From an uncultured Spirochaetaceae bacterium (GTDB taxonomy: Bacteria > Spirochaetota > Spirochaetia > Sphaerochaetales > Sphaerochaetaceae), in the NCBI GenBank assembly GCA_900321635.1, contig ONWV01000002.1, positions 1,964 through 65,963 of the forward strand: a DNA stretch of 64,000 nt, in the 5' to 3' direction. Positions 13,242 to 23,324 of the stretch are shown here, piece after piece. The position numbers and the translations under genes were made by a program. The first letter of the stretch is position 1. Every line of letters begins with the position of its first letter. The notes under the pieces are model-generated. The model saw only the letters and a list, made by a program, of their open reading frames with translations, did not search any database and was not told the origin of the DNA.

Positions 13242-14684
13242 TTACTTCTCTGCTTCAAAAGCTGAAGGAGCGGCGGCAACGCCCTTCTTCCACTCAATTG
13301 CATTGACGATGTAGAAGGTGATGACGCTGACCAGACATCCGAATACGACAGGCATCAGATAAGAAGTGATCTTGACGCCCTTTGTGCTGAGAATCTGCCA
13401 GAAGATGAATCCGACTGTACCGGTGATGATTGAAATCAGACCGGAATTCTTTGTGGCACGTGTCACAACAAGGCCAAGGCCATATGCTGCGAACGGACCT
13501 GCACATCTGATTCCGAATGCGAATGTATTCATGGTTGTGATTGGAATTGATGCGAATGAAATGACCATTGCAACTGCACAGCAGATGACGTTGCACCATC
13601 TTGTTGCCCAGACTTCCTTCATTCCGTCAAGGTCTTTGTTGACGTACGGCTTGTAAAGGTCGTTGATGATCATTGTGGACATACAGAGCAGGTTGGAGTC
13701 AGCAGATGACATTGTTGCTGAGATGATGGCTGCAGAGATGATACCTGTGATCAGTGTCGGTGCATAAGCCTGTGTGACGGCCATCATTGCGTTTGAACCG
13801 TTTGCAAGGAGGTTTGGAATGCTGTCCTTCATTGCAAGAGCTGCAAGACCGAGCAGAGTCGGGAATGCTGCCATGGCTGCCATGAGAACTGCGGAAACCA
13901 GTGAAGCCTTCTTTGCTGTCTTCTCATCCTTGGCTGTCTCGAATCTTGAAACCATCTCAGGACCTGAAAGGAAGGTGCAGAAATAGTTGAAGATGTAACC
14001 GATGATGTAGGCCCAACCGATCTTAGTGAAGCTTGTCTGACCTGCAGGAAGCTTTGCATTGATTGCTGCCCATCCGCCGCATGCGCTTATGACAATCGGG
14101 GTAGCGATTGCAAGGCCGACCAGAATGATAAGGAACTGAACCATATCGGAAATCTGGTCTGCGATCATTCCGCCGAATGTGGTGTACAGAATGATGACGA
14201 TACCTGCGATGATCATGCAGAGCTTGACGTTCATTCCTGTGAGTGTTGCTACGACTGAACCGGAAGCTGCAACCTGCGAAGAGGTGAGGCAGAACAGAGC
14301 AAGGCAGTTGAGAACTGCGGTGAAACCTGCGCTGAACTTTCCGAAACGTCTTCCGACGACCTCAGGAATTGTGACGGCCATGGTCTTTCTGATTTTCGGA
14401 GCGAAGTAAGCAAGCGGGATCATTGCAATTGAAGCTGCAAGGACGTACCACATTGCACTCATTCCCCATGAGCCGAAAGCCTTCTGTGCCAGACCTGTGG
14501 TACAACCACCACCGATGTTGTTCGCTGAAAGTGAGAATGCGACCATGAAGATACCCATTCTTCTGCCTGCGAGCATGTAGTCTTCAGCACCCTTGATCTT
14601 GAGTTTGCCCACGATGTAACCGACGATGAGCATACCTACGAGGTAGCCGATCACGATTATGAGAGCACTTGTGTTGACAACCAT
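13242..14684 (-). CDS. sodium:solute symporter (SSS) family transporter
   Basis: 480 aa with about 13 TM helices. The SSS-type pattern includes AGRRMG and LSANNIGGG. GAGGAGG SD upstream of ATG 14684. Confidence 0.85.
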   Translation of the reverse strand: MVVNTSALIIVIGYLVGMLIVGYIVGKLKIKGAEDYMLAGRRMGIFMVAFSLSANNIGGGCTTGLAQKAFGSWGMSAMWYVLAASIAMIPLAYFAPKIRKTMAVTIPEVVGRRFGKFSAGFTAVLNCLALFCLTSSQVAASGSVVATLTGMNVKLCMIIAGIVIILYTTFGGMIADQISDMVQFLIILVGLAIATPIVISACGGWAAINAKLPAGQTSFTKIGWAYIIGYIFNYFCTFLSGPEMVSRFETAKDEKTAKKASLVSAVLMAAMAAFPTLLGLAALAMKDSIPNLLANGSNAMMAVTQAYAPTLITGIISAAIISATMSSADSNLLCMSTMIINDLYKPYVNKDLDGMKEVWATRWCNVICCAVAMVISFASIPITTMNTFAFGIRCAGPFAAYGLGLVVTRATKNSGLISIITGTVGFIFWQILSTKGVKITSYLMPVVFGCLVSVITFYIVNAIEWKKGVAAAPSAFEAEK

Positions 14685-14812
14685 GTTTTCCTCCTCTAGA
14701 AAGTATGATTTTCATTCTTATAGTAATGCGTGTGTAATTTTTTTTAAACAGAAAAGTGTATTAAAATGGAATAAAATATCAAAATGACATAAAAACATGG
14801 TATTGTTTACAT

Positions 14813-15232
14813 ATGAACGTTGTTTTTGATGCAATTGTGAAAGAAGTTCAGAAAAAAAGCTCATGGCATGAGGTCTGCCCGTTCTACGCAGACAGCATGG
14901 GAAACGTCAGTCCTTCGGGAGTCTGCATCTACCTCAGTGACGTCACTTTTTTCTGCAAGGGGCCTGGCTTTGAGACAAGTTTCATGGCCCTGGATGTCCT
15001 ATACACCGACAAGGTCCTTAAAACACATGTCATGGAGTACCTTGAAGGAAAGCGCAAGACAGTCAGGCGGGCCAATGTATTTACGGCTTTGGGAAAAGAG
15101 ACACTGACCAGTCTTGAGCTGGAAGGAAAGCGCTTTATTTTCATCAAATTCAACGATATGCAGTTCAAACAGCTATTAAGCATAGCCCAGGCGAAGCAGA
15201 AGTATAGCAAAACGGTGGCAGATCGGAATTAG
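14813..15232 (+). CDS. hypothetical protein (orphan, 139 aa)
   Basis: Isolated ORF between AT-rich intergenic regions. I recognise no motif. A weak hairpin plus T-run lies downstream (about 15253-15275). Confidence 0.45.
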   Translation: MNVVFDAIVKEVQKKSSWHEVCPFYADSMGNVSPSGVCIYLSDVTFFCKGPGFETSFMALDVLYTDKVLKTHVMEYLEGKRKTVRRANVFTALGKETLTSLELEGKRFIFIKFNDMQFKQLLSIAQAKQKYSKTVADRN

Positions 15233-15355
15233 TATAACAAAAACATTATTTAAACGCCCTTAGATGCGTTTTTTCTTGCGGCCTGTCGTACTATATAGTA
15301 AAATCTTTACTAGTTATATAATCAATATATGACCACACGTTAAAAGGAGTGTTAA

Positions 15356-16606
15356 ATGAAAAAAATTATTGCTTTTTTCCTTATTGCAATGGTTGCATTC
15401 GCAGCATTTGCAAACGGAGCTTCCGAGGCAAAGCCGGCAGTAGCAAAGTCTGAAGTCGAGCTTGCAATCGAGAAGGCTCAGTCAATGACACTGGCAGAGC
15501 TTGAGGCCGCCGCAAAGGCAGAGCTTGAGGCTCATCCGGATCTCACATTCAACGCTGATTCACTTACATCAGGAATCAAGAAGGCGCTTGCCGCATTTGA
15601 GAAGAAGTACGAATGGGCAGCCGGAAGGACAGCCTACAACAGCAAGAAGGGCTCCGAGTATCAGCCGAAGCTCATCGCAGCTCAGAAGGCCAACAGCTAC
15701 ATCGCTGACTTTGTCATGATTCAGGATGCATCCTTCCTTAAGAACGCCATGCTGGATACAAACTTCCTTCTCAGCTATGATCCGTCCGATGCAGACATCA
15801 AGATTGCCGATGATGCAAAGAACCCGCTGGTAGGAGTCACCTTCAACAAGGTCTTCCAGTATGACAACACCAAGGTCGGAAAAGAGCAGCTTAAGAATGT
15901 CTGGCAGATGACAGGAGTCGACGGCGTCTCTCTCAAGGGCGTTCATGATGTCTCCTATCAGAATCCGCTCGGAGAAGACATCAACATGAGCTTCCTTATC
16001 ATGCTCACAAGCCCCAGAGCCTGCGAAAAGCTCAAATCAGCATACAAGAGCTACTTCGGAAAGGACTATGTCGACGATCCTCAGTACCAGAACATCGGAT
16101 ACAAGTTCGTCAAGGAGTTCATCGGTAACGTAGGATACTGGCACAGCTCTGATACAAGTGAGGTCAAGGCTCTGAACACCTATGCCGACGAAGGAAGAAT
16201 CATCTTCGCAGGTCTTTGTAAGCTCAAGGATTATGAGTACTACAAGAAAGACTACAAGGATACCGACCAGTACTACACAAAGACTGTCACAGCCAGCGGT
16301 TGGAACAATGAAGTCGAAGGTTTTGACGGATTTGTCTACAACATGTGGACACTTATTCCTGTAACTGCAAAGCTTCCTTACACTGCATGTCTGTTCATCA
16401 AGTACATCCATTCACAGGAAGGTTATAACGCAGGTTGGGGTGGAATCCTCGGTTATTACTCACCGAACACCAACATCCCGTCAGTTTCAGGAGATCCTTC
16501 TCTTGCCGAATGGAAGGACAAGTGTATCGTAGAGGATGTCCAGTATATCGATGAGGCTTTCAAATCCGTCAGCATGTTCATCAACATGGCTCTCTCCGGA
16601 AATTGA
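15356..16606 (+). CDS. ABC transporter periplasmic substrate-binding protein (divergent, 416 aa)
   Basis: Cys-less signal peptide MKKIIAFFLIAMVAFAAFANGA and an AAAGGAG SD. It comes first in an SBP-permease-ATPase operon. I could not assign a family from motifs. Confidence 0.7.
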   Translation: MKKIIAFFLIAMVAFAAFANGASEAKPAVAKSEVELAIEKAQSMTLAELEAAAKAELEAHPDLTFNADSLTSGIKKALAAFEKKYEWAAGRTAYNSKKGSEYQPKLIAAQKANSYIADFVMIQDASFLKNAMLDTNFLLSYDPSDADIKIADDAKNPLVGVTFNKVFQYDNTKVGKEQLKNVWQMTGVDGVSLKGVHDVSYQNPLGEDINMSFLIMLTSPRACEKLKSAYKSYFGKDYVDDPQYQNIGYKFVKEFIGNVGYWHSSDTSEVKALNTYADEGRIIFAGLCKLKDYEYYKKDYKDTDQYYTKTVTASGWNNEVEGFDGFVYNMWTLIPVTAKLPYTACLFIKYIHSQEGYNAGWGGILGYYSPNTNIPSVSGDPSLAEWKDKCIVEDVQYIDEAFKSVSMFINMALSGN

Positions 16607-16620
16607 AAACTTCCTGCACA

Positions 16621-16645
16621 GGGGGCGGCAACGCCCCCTTTTTTT
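16621..16645 (+). terminator. intrinsic terminator/attenuator between SBP and permease genes
   Basis: GGGGGCG-gcaa-CGCCCCC followed by T7. Confidence 0.75.
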
Positions 16646-16662
16646 GTTAAATGGAGTCAAAA

Positions 16663-18501
16663 ATGGCTGAAAAGACCATTAGTCCGTTTGTAAGCAGGTT
16701 CAGAACCTACTTCTCCAAACCGGCAAACATCATCACCATTGTATTCCTGTTCATCCTGATAATGACCGTTGTCCTGCCTCTGAGCACATTGCTCATAGGT
16801 TCATTCAGGGTCAATGGAAACCAGGAGGCCGTCTATTTGGGACGGACAGTGTCCGATGGTGATTTCACATTTCACCACTGGGTGGAACTTCTGACCAGTA
16901 AGGAATTCTCCTACGCCAGAATCAAGTTCTGGACCCCGCTTTGGCAGTCTACCGTCATGGCTCTGATAGCCTGTGTTGTGGCTGTTGTGTTCGGCGGAGT
17001 GGTTGCATGGTTCATCACCCGAAGTAATCTTCCGTGTAAGAAGTTCATATCCACGGTTTTTGTTTTTCCGTACATAATGCCCAGCTGGTCAATGGCCATG
17101 TTCTGGGAGAACTTCTTCAAAAACACTCAGATCAATGCAGGAAAAGGAATGCTTCAGGTGCTGACAGGCATCTGCGTGCCTGAATCAATGGTTTACGGAC
17201 TGTTTCCGTGTGCCATGGCGCTGGGTCTTCACTACGCCCCGTTTGCATACATCCTCATAGGAGGAATCCTTCGCAATATGGATGCAAACCTTGAGGAAGC
17301 GGCCACCGTTCTTAAGGCAAGCAGGTTCAAGATCCTGTACCGTGTCACGCTTCCGATTGTTCTGCCTGCTTTGGTATCCACCGTTCTGCTTGTCTTCTCA
17401 AGCAGTATCTCAAGCTTTACAGTTCCGTTCTTCTTGAACAAGAGCTCGATAAACAGCGGAAATAACTTCATAGCCATTTCCGTCCAGTTGAGAAGCCTGA
17501 TCAACACAGGATTCACCAAGGGCCAGGGTTATGTACTTGCAATCATCCTGATGCTGTTCTCAATTGTGATTCTCACAGTGAACAACTACATCACAGGAAG
17601 CCGAAAGTCCTTCACCACAGTCACTGGAAAATCCGGCCAGGTTTCACTTGTGAAGCTGGGCAAGGCAAGAGCTCCGATTACCGTTGTTCTTCTGATTCTC
17701 GTCGGATTCTTTGCAATAGTTCCGATGTTCTCATTCGCAGCCGAAAGCCTGCTTGAGGTACCAGGAGATTACTCTACACTGACTCTCAGATACTGGTTCT
17801 CTTCCGAACCGTTTGAGGGCAGCAGCAAGGGAGATACCATAGGAATCCTCAGGAGCCTGTTCATGTGGAAGGCCCTTGGAAGAAGCCTGCTTCTGTCCTT
17901 GATTGTCTCGGCCATAGCAGGAACGTTCGGAATCCTGATAGGTTATGCCGTTGCAAGAAAGCGAGGAAGCAGAGCAGCAACGATTGTATCGAATCTTGCC
18001 TTCTTGCCGTATCTGATTCCGTCAATGAGCTTCGGTGCCGTATATCTTGCTCTGTCCTATACAAAGGGCTTTACGTGGCTTGACGGCTCGTTCGTCCTTC
18101 TGATTCTCGTAGGATCTATCAAGTTCATGCCGTTTGCTTCCAGAACAGGAACAAGCGCCATGCTCCAGCTTTCCGGAGAAATAGAGGAGGCTGCCATAGT
18201 CATCGGAGTGCCCTGGTTCAAGAGAATGACCAGGATCCTGTTCCCGATCCAGAAGTCAAGTTTCATCAGCGGCTATCTGCTGCCGTTCATCTCCTGTATG
18301 AGAGAGTTGTCATTGTTCGTACTGCTTGTTCCGAGCTTCCAGACACTGGCTACCAGCATGCTCCAGGAGTACAGCAGAACAGGACTTACGCAGTCCAGCA
18401 ACGCGGTCAACCTTCTTATCATCGTCGTCGTCCTGATCATTCAGTTCGTCGTCAACAAGCTGACCGGAGCAAGTATCGACAAGGGAGTGGGAGGAAATTG
18501 A
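16663..18501 (+). CDS. ABC transporter permease, duplicated 12-TM (FbpB/ThiP-like)
   Basis: Two permease halves with EAA loops (LEEAATVLKASRFK and IEEAAIVIGVPWFK). I chose ATG 16663 as the start because GGAG lies 6 nt upstream. ORF-track ATG 16651 has no SD and abuts the terminator T-run. Confidence 0.85.
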   Translation: MAEKTISPFVSRFRTYFSKPANIITIVFLFILIMTVVLPLSTLLIGSFRVNGNQEAVYLGRTVSDGDFTFHHWVELLTSKEFSYARIKFWTPLWQSTVMALIACVVAVVFGGVVAWFITRSNLPCKKFISTVFVFPYIMPSWSMAMFWENFFKNTQINAGKGMLQVLTGICVPESMVYGLFPCAMALGLHYAPFAYILIGGILRNMDANLEEAATVLKASRFKILYRVTLPIVLPALVSTVLLVFSSSISSFTVPFFLNKSSINSGNNFIAISVQLRSLINTGFTKGQGYVLAIILMLFSIVILTVNNYITGSRKSFTTVTGKSGQVSLVKLGKARAPITVVLLILVGFFAIVPMFSFAAESLLEVPGDYSTLTLRYWFSSEPFEGSSKGDTIGILRSLFMWKALGRSLLLSLIVSAIAGTFGILIGYAVARKRGSRAATIVSNLAFLPYLIPSMSFGAVYLALSYTKGFTWLDGSFVLLILVGSIKFMPFASRTGTSAMLQLSGEIEEAAIVIGVPWFKRMTRILFPIQKSSFISGYLLPFISCMRELSLFVLLVPSFQTLATSMLQEYSRTGLTQSSNAVNLLIIVVVLIIQFVVNKLTGASIDKGVGGN

Positions 18502-18502
18502 T

Positions 18503-19615
18503 ATGCCGAAAATCATACTTGAACACGTAACAAAAAGATTTCAGAAATTCACAGCTGTAGAAGACCTGAACATGGTCATTGAAGATAGAGAGTTCATCAT
18601 TCTGCTCGGACCTTCCGGATGCGGAAAGACCACCACACTCAGAATGATCGCAGGCCTTGAGACTCCGACAGAGGGAAGAATCACAATAGGTGACACGGTT
18701 GTGTTTGACTCAGCGAAGAACATCAACCTCTCGCCGGCCAAGAGAGACATAGGATTTCTGTTCCAGAACTATGCCCTGTGGCCACATATGACGGTCCATC
18801 AGAACATCGCATTCGGACTTGAGAACCTCAAGTGGCCCAAGGCCAAGATAGACGAGCGCGTCAAGGAGATGCTTGCCATGCTCAAGATTGAGGAGTTTGA
18901 CAAGCGCTACCCGGCAGAGCTTTCCGGAGGCCAGCAGCAGAGAGTCGCTATCGCAAGAACCCTGGCTCCGAAGCCAAAGGTACTGTTCATGGATGAGCCT
19001 TTGTCGAACCTTGATGCAAAGCTCCGTCTTGAGATGCGCATCGAGCTTAAGCGTCTTCACACTGACACGGATTCAACCTTTGTCTACGTCACACACGACC
19101 AGCTGGAAGCCATGACACTCTCTTCAAGAATCTGTCTTATCAAGAACGGACTCCTTCAGCAGTTCGATCCTCCGATGGAGACCTACTCGAATCCTGCCAA
19201 CATCTTCGTGGCAGACTTTGTCGGAAATCCGTCCATGAACTTCATCCAGGCCAAGGGTAAGATCACAGGTGAAAAGACCGCACAGGTCAGCTTCTTCGGA
19301 AAGACATTCTCCTTCAAGAGCAAGGAAGCTTTGGGAAAGCTTTCAGGCGATGATGTCATCGTAGGAATCAGACCTGAGTTCATCCACCTTGAGAAAGAAG
19401 GTCTTCAGGCCAAGGTCTACGGAACTCTTCCCGCAGGTATGGAGACGACGGTCAAACTTGATGTAGACGGCTTCATCCTTACCTCCGTCAAGTTCGGAAG
19501 CGTGGACTACAAGCTCAACAGCAATATGAGTTACTCAATCGAAGGCGACGGAATTATTCTGTTTGACAAAGAGAGTACAAAGAACATCGGAAAGGGCACA
19601 CTTGCGCTCAGCTGA
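18503..19615 (+). CDS. ABC transporter ATP-binding protein (MalK/PotA-like, with C-terminal regulatory domain)
   Basis: GPSGCGKTT, LSGGQQQRVAIARTL and LFMDEPLSNLD motifs. GGAGG SD. The start lies 1 nt after the permease stop. Confidence 0.9.
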   Translation: MPKIILEHVTKRFQKFTAVEDLNMVIEDREFIILLGPSGCGKTTTLRMIAGLETPTEGRITIGDTVVFDSAKNINLSPAKRDIGFLFQNYALWPHMTVHQNIAFGLENLKWPKAKIDERVKEMLAMLKIEEFDKRYPAELSGGQQQRVAIARTLAPKPKVLFMDEPLSNLDAKLRLEMRIELKRLHTDTDSTFVYVTHDQLEAMTLSSRICLIKNGLLQQFDPPMETYSNPANIFVADFVGNPSMNFIQAKGKITGEKTAQVSFFGKTFSFKSKEALGKLSGDDVIVGIRPEFIHLEKEGLQAKVYGTLPAGMETTVKLDVDGFILTSVKFGSVDYKLNSNMSYSIEGDGIILFDKESTKNIGKGTLALS

Positions 19616-19636
19616 CAGTTTTAAAAACTTCAAAAC

Positions 19637-19671
19637 AAAAGGCAGTCACTTCGGCTGCCTTTTGCTTTTTA
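19637..19671. terminator. bidirectional intrinsic terminator
   Basis: AAAAGGCAG...CTGCCTTTT stem with TTTTGCTTTTT downstream. It overlaps the last codons of the minus-strand gene 19646-20401. Confidence 0.6.
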
Positions 19672-20401
19672 GTTTGATTTCAGCTTCCTTCATCATTCTT
19701 TCGGCTTCTGCTCTTATTGCCTCAAGTCTCTTCTTCACTTTCTCTGTACGGTAAATCACTTCAGGGTAGGCATTGGCAAAACGCCGTGCAAACAGGCTTC
19801 TGTCCGAAAGCATTCTGCGAACTTCCTTTCCGATTTCCTCGGTATTGTCCGCTTCACTCTTTTCGACGCTGTCTTTGACAAGCTTTAATACAAAGTGTGA
19901 AATGATGTAGTCGGTGACAAACAGGGCGCTGAGTCCTAAGGCCACATATGTTCTGGTCAGTATACTGATTTTGATGAAAAGCCTCAAAATCATGGGGTTA
20001 GTGATCTTATAGACCATCATTCCGCCCAAACCGAACAGCATGAGATTCCCGATCCAAACCCTTCCGTGAAGGTTCATCGGCTTTTGGCTGTAGTCCCACC
20101 ACCTTGCGTGAAAGCGCTTTTCCATGAAGTAGCTTGCGCTGTACTCAAGAACACCGCACAGTATAAAAGAGACAGCAAACACAGAGCCGAATGACGACTC
20201 ATATCTTGAAAGCATGGAAAGCTTGTCCACTGCGAATGTAATCAGAGCACATCCCGATCCATAGATGGGAAGCCACGGGCCCGTAAAAAAGCCTCTGTTG
20301 ATGAAACGGTGGTACTGGAAGAACTTCAGCGTGACCTCAATGCACCAGCCGACAAACGAGTAAAAGAAGAACAGAAGCAGAAGATTCACAAAGTATTCCA
20401 T
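19646..20401 (-). CDS. polytopic membrane protein, PF06541-like ('putative ABC-transporter type IV' family)
   Basis: The N-terminus FFFYSFVGWCIEV...NRGFFTGPWLPIYGSG resembles that family as I recall it. It has a basic coiled-coil C-terminal tail. Confidence 0.65.
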   Translation of the reverse strand: MEYFVNLLLLFFFYSFVGWCIEVTLKFFQYHRFINRGFFTGPWLPIYGSGCALITFAVDKLSMLSRYESSFGSVFAVSFILCGVLEYSASYFMEKRFHARWWDYSQKPMNLHGRVWIGNLMLFGLGGMMVYKITNPMILRLFIKISILTRTYVALGLSALFVTDYIISHFVLKLVKDSVEKSEADNTEEIGKEVRRMLSDRSLFARRFANAYPEVIYRTEKVKKRLEAIRAEAERMMKEAEIKLKSKRQPK

Positions 20402-20425
20402 CTCACTCTCCAGAAGCCGATTATA

Positions 20426-20454
20426 TTGAATTCACTAAACTTGAGGAATATACT
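20426..20454 (+). promoter_or_regulatory. putative sigma70-type promoter of the XDH-family operon
   Basis: TTGAAT (20426-20431), a 17-nt spacer, then TATACT (20449-20454), located 22 nt before the ATG. Confidence 0.4.
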
Positions 20455-20475
20455 TGAAAAAGCAGGAGGTTTCTG

Positions 20476-22548
20476 ATGCTCTATGTAGGCAAATCCACAT
20501 CAAGGCTCGACGGAAAAGACAAGGTCTCAGGTCGCGCCGTCTACACAGCTGACATCCACATGGACGGTTTTCTTGAAATCTCATTGGTACGATCCCCGGT
20601 TGCCCATGCGATTCTGAAAGGCATCCGGTCTCCTAAGATGCCCGAAAGCTGCTACATCTTCACCGCAAAGGACCTTTCTCAGAACTTCATTCCTTCTATC
20701 TTCAGCGAACAGCCGGTTCTGGCAGCAGACCACATCCGCTATCAGGGCGAGGCCGTTGCCATCGTCGCAGCCCCCACACGGAAACAGGCCGATAGCCTTG
20801 CATCCTCCGTAGTTCTGGATTTGGATGTCCTTGAGACTGTCGATTCCATAGAGGAGGCTCTTAAGGAAGACTCTTCGAAGCTCTTTGAAAACGGAAACAT
20901 CTGCTCATCGTTTCACAATGACAAGGGCGATGTGGATAAGGCTTTCAAAGACTGCCATCTGATTCTTGAAGGCGACTTCGAGACTCCGATCCAGATCCAC
21001 GGCTTCATGGAACCTGAGGCTGCTGTATGTTACATCGATGATAAAAACAGACTTTCCATAGTCTCATCCACCCAGAATGCATATTCTGATCTTTACACTG
21101 CATCAACTGCCACAGGAAGGGATGCATCTGAGATCACATCACGTGCTGCAACCGTTGGCGGAGCCTTCGGAGGCAAGGACGGAAACACAGCCCAGGTCTT
21201 TGCGGCCGTTGTCACACACTTGACAGGAAAGCCTTCCAGATTCATCTACACAAGAGAGGAAAACATCCGATGGGGCATGAAACGCCACAGATCCCTTACC
21301 CATGCAAAGGTGGGATTCTCGTCTGATGGCCACATACTGGCAGCCGACTGCAGCATGCTTCTGGATACCGGAGCCTACGCACTTTTAGGTCCGTCGGTTC
21401 TAAGACTCGGTCTTGAGCATTTCACAGGAGCATACTTCGTGCCCTCCATCAGACTTGACGGAAAGCTGATGTATACAAACCATGCACCGGCTTCCGCCAT
21501 GAGAGGCTTCGGCGCCCCTCAGGCTGCGATGGCCTTTGAGAACATCCTCAACCGTGCGGCAAGGAAACTGAATCTTGATGAGCTTGAAATCAGGCGCATC
21601 AATGCCATCCATAAGGGCCAGCAGGGTCCTATGGGAGGTGAGAACGAGCATGAGATTGCCCTTGAGGAGGCTCTGGATAAGTTCGCACAAAGCGACTTCT
21701 ACAAGGAAATGAAGACCAATCCCCAGAGGGGATGCGGCTATGCGATATCTGTCGGCATGATGTCCAGCGGCCTTGGAAAGCATGTTCCGGATACCTGCCA
21801 TGTGACCATAGACAGAAAAGGAAAGACCTTTGTTGTCAGGACCTCGATAGTGGACATAGGGCAGGGAAGCCACACGGTTTTATCACAGATTGCCGCAGAG
21901 GCTCTGGATACGGACCTTGAAAACATTGACCTTCAGATGGGATGTACGGATGACAACAAGGACAGCGGGTCCACCGCAGCAAGCAGATCCACATTCGTCT
22001 GCGGAAACGCAATTTGCCAGGCTGCCCTGAAGATCAAGGAAGGCCAGGCTCATGCAGAAGGAGTCTTTGCCTTCCCCGAGGCAACAGGAGAGGCGATTCA
22101 CACCTATTTTGCCTTCATGGTACAGGGTGCCAAGGTAAGAGTTGATGAGAATACCGGTGAGGTTAAGGTCCTCTGGATGCACAGCACAACCGACACGGGT
22201 CGGGTCATCAACCCCGAGCTGTGCAGAGGCCAGATCTTCGGCGGCATTGCCATGAGTATCGGCATGACTCTGTCCGAGCAGATCCGCTACCGAGACGGAA
22301 TAACTTTGGAAAACAGCCTTGCCAACTACATCCTTCCTACTGCCATGGATGTGCCAAAGCTTACCAATGACTTTGTCGAGAAAGAGGAAAAGACAGGCCC
22401 GTTCGGAGCCAAGGGCATGGCCGAGCTTCCAACCGTTGCAGTAGCCCCTGCAGTTACAAGTGCCGTCTGCTCCTTGTATGACGGCCTTGAGATAAACAGG
22501 GTTCCGATTGACAGATTGTCTGTTCTGAAAGCAAGGAGGAAGGTATGA
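20476..22548 (+). CDS. xanthine dehydrogenase/aldehyde oxidase-family molybdopterin-binding subunit
   Basis: 690 aa. The N-terminus GKSTSRLDGKDKVSGRAVYTAD and motifs AMRGFGAPQ and GPFGAKGMAE are typical of Mo-hydroxylase large subunits. AGGAGG SD. Confidence 0.85.
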   Translation: MLYVGKSTSRLDGKDKVSGRAVYTADIHMDGFLEISLVRSPVAHAILKGIRSPKMPESCYIFTAKDLSQNFIPSIFSEQPVLAADHIRYQGEAVAIVAAPTRKQADSLASSVVLDLDVLETVDSIEEALKEDSSKLFENGNICSSFHNDKGDVDKAFKDCHLILEGDFETPIQIHGFMEPEAAVCYIDDKNRLSIVSSTQNAYSDLYTASTATGRDASEITSRAATVGGAFGGKDGNTAQVFAAVVTHLTGKPSRFIYTREENIRWGMKRHRSLTHAKVGFSSDGHILAADCSMLLDTGAYALLGPSVLRLGLEHFTGAYFVPSIRLDGKLMYTNHAPASAMRGFGAPQAAMAFENILNRAARKLNLDELEIRRINAIHKGQQGPMGGENEHEIALEEALDKFAQSDFYKEMKTNPQRGCGYAISVGMMSSGLGKHVPDTCHVTIDRKGKTFVVRTSIVDIGQGSHTVLSQIAAEALDTDLENIDLQMGCTDDNKDSGSTAASRSTFVCGNAICQAALKIKEGQAHAEGVFAFPEATGEAIHTYFAFMVQGAKVRVDENTGEVKVLWMHSTTDTGRVINPELCRGQIFGGIAMSIGMTLSEQIRYRDGITLENSLANYILPTAMDVPKLTNDFVEKEEKTGPFGAKGMAELPTVAVAPAVTSAVCSLYDGLEINRVPIDRLSVLKARRKV

Positions 22549-23324
22549 GCTATAGCATTCATATGCCACTTTCCTTACAGGAGGCTCTGGACCTCAAAAG
22601 AAAGACCGGCGGAACATACCTTGGAGCTGGAACCGTAATTCTTGTGAACCACCGCCATGAGAAGGACCTTATCAGCCTTGAAAAGATTCCCGGTCTTTCA
22701 TCGATAGAAGAATCCGAGGATTATGTGAAAATCGGATCTCTTGTGACTTTCGATGAACTGGAAAACAGCCCTGTGGTGAAGAAAAAGCTTCCCGCTCTCT
22801 GGCAGGCTGCCTACAACACGGCAGGACCGCAGATAAGAAACCGCGCCACAATCGGAGGCAACATCGGGTGCTTCTCACCGGCTTCCGACGCAGTTACTGC
22901 CCTTATGGCCCTAGATGCGGAGCTTGAGCTATTTGATGGCGCAACAAAAAGAGTTAAGCTTGAAAATACAGACTCTTTATCAAATGAAGCTATCATTTCT
23001 GCAGTCTATGTTCCCAAGCGATATGGTTTTTCTGCCTTTGAAAAGGTGGGAAAGAGAAGCGCCATGTCCGTCTCCGTGCTGAACATGGCCATTGCAAGGG
23101 ACAAAGATGGTGTAAGACTTGCCATAGGTTGTGCAGCACCCAAGGTTCTTCTTTGTAAGGCAACATCCGAAACTCTCAGCAGAAAACCCTTGGATCTGAC
23201 AGAGGCTGAAAAATGTCTTCTATCTGAGATCCATCCCATAGACGACCGTTGGGGAACTGTCTCTTACAGGCGTGCTGTTGCTGTCAATCTTCTTAAGAAA
23301 CTTGTAAAGGAGAGTGGGCTTTGA
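22545..23324 (+). CDS. xanthine dehydrogenase-family FAD-binding subunit
   Basis: 259 aa with a CO-dehydrogenase flavoprotein-like FAD domain ([19 protein letters not shown]). ATGA overlap with the upstream gene. Confidence 0.85.
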   Translation: MSYSIHMPLSLQEALDLKRKTGGTYLGAGTVILVNHRHEKDLISLEKIPGLSSIEESEDYVKIGSLVTFDELENSPVVKKKLPALWQAAYNTAGPQIRNRATIGGNIGCFSPASDAVTALMALDAELELFDGATKRVKLENTDSLSNEAIISAVYVPKRYGFSAFEKVGKRSAMSVSVLNMAIARDKDGVRLAIGCAAPKVLLCKATSETLSRKPLDLTEAEKCLLSEIHPIDDRWGTVSYRRAVAVNLLKKLVKESGL

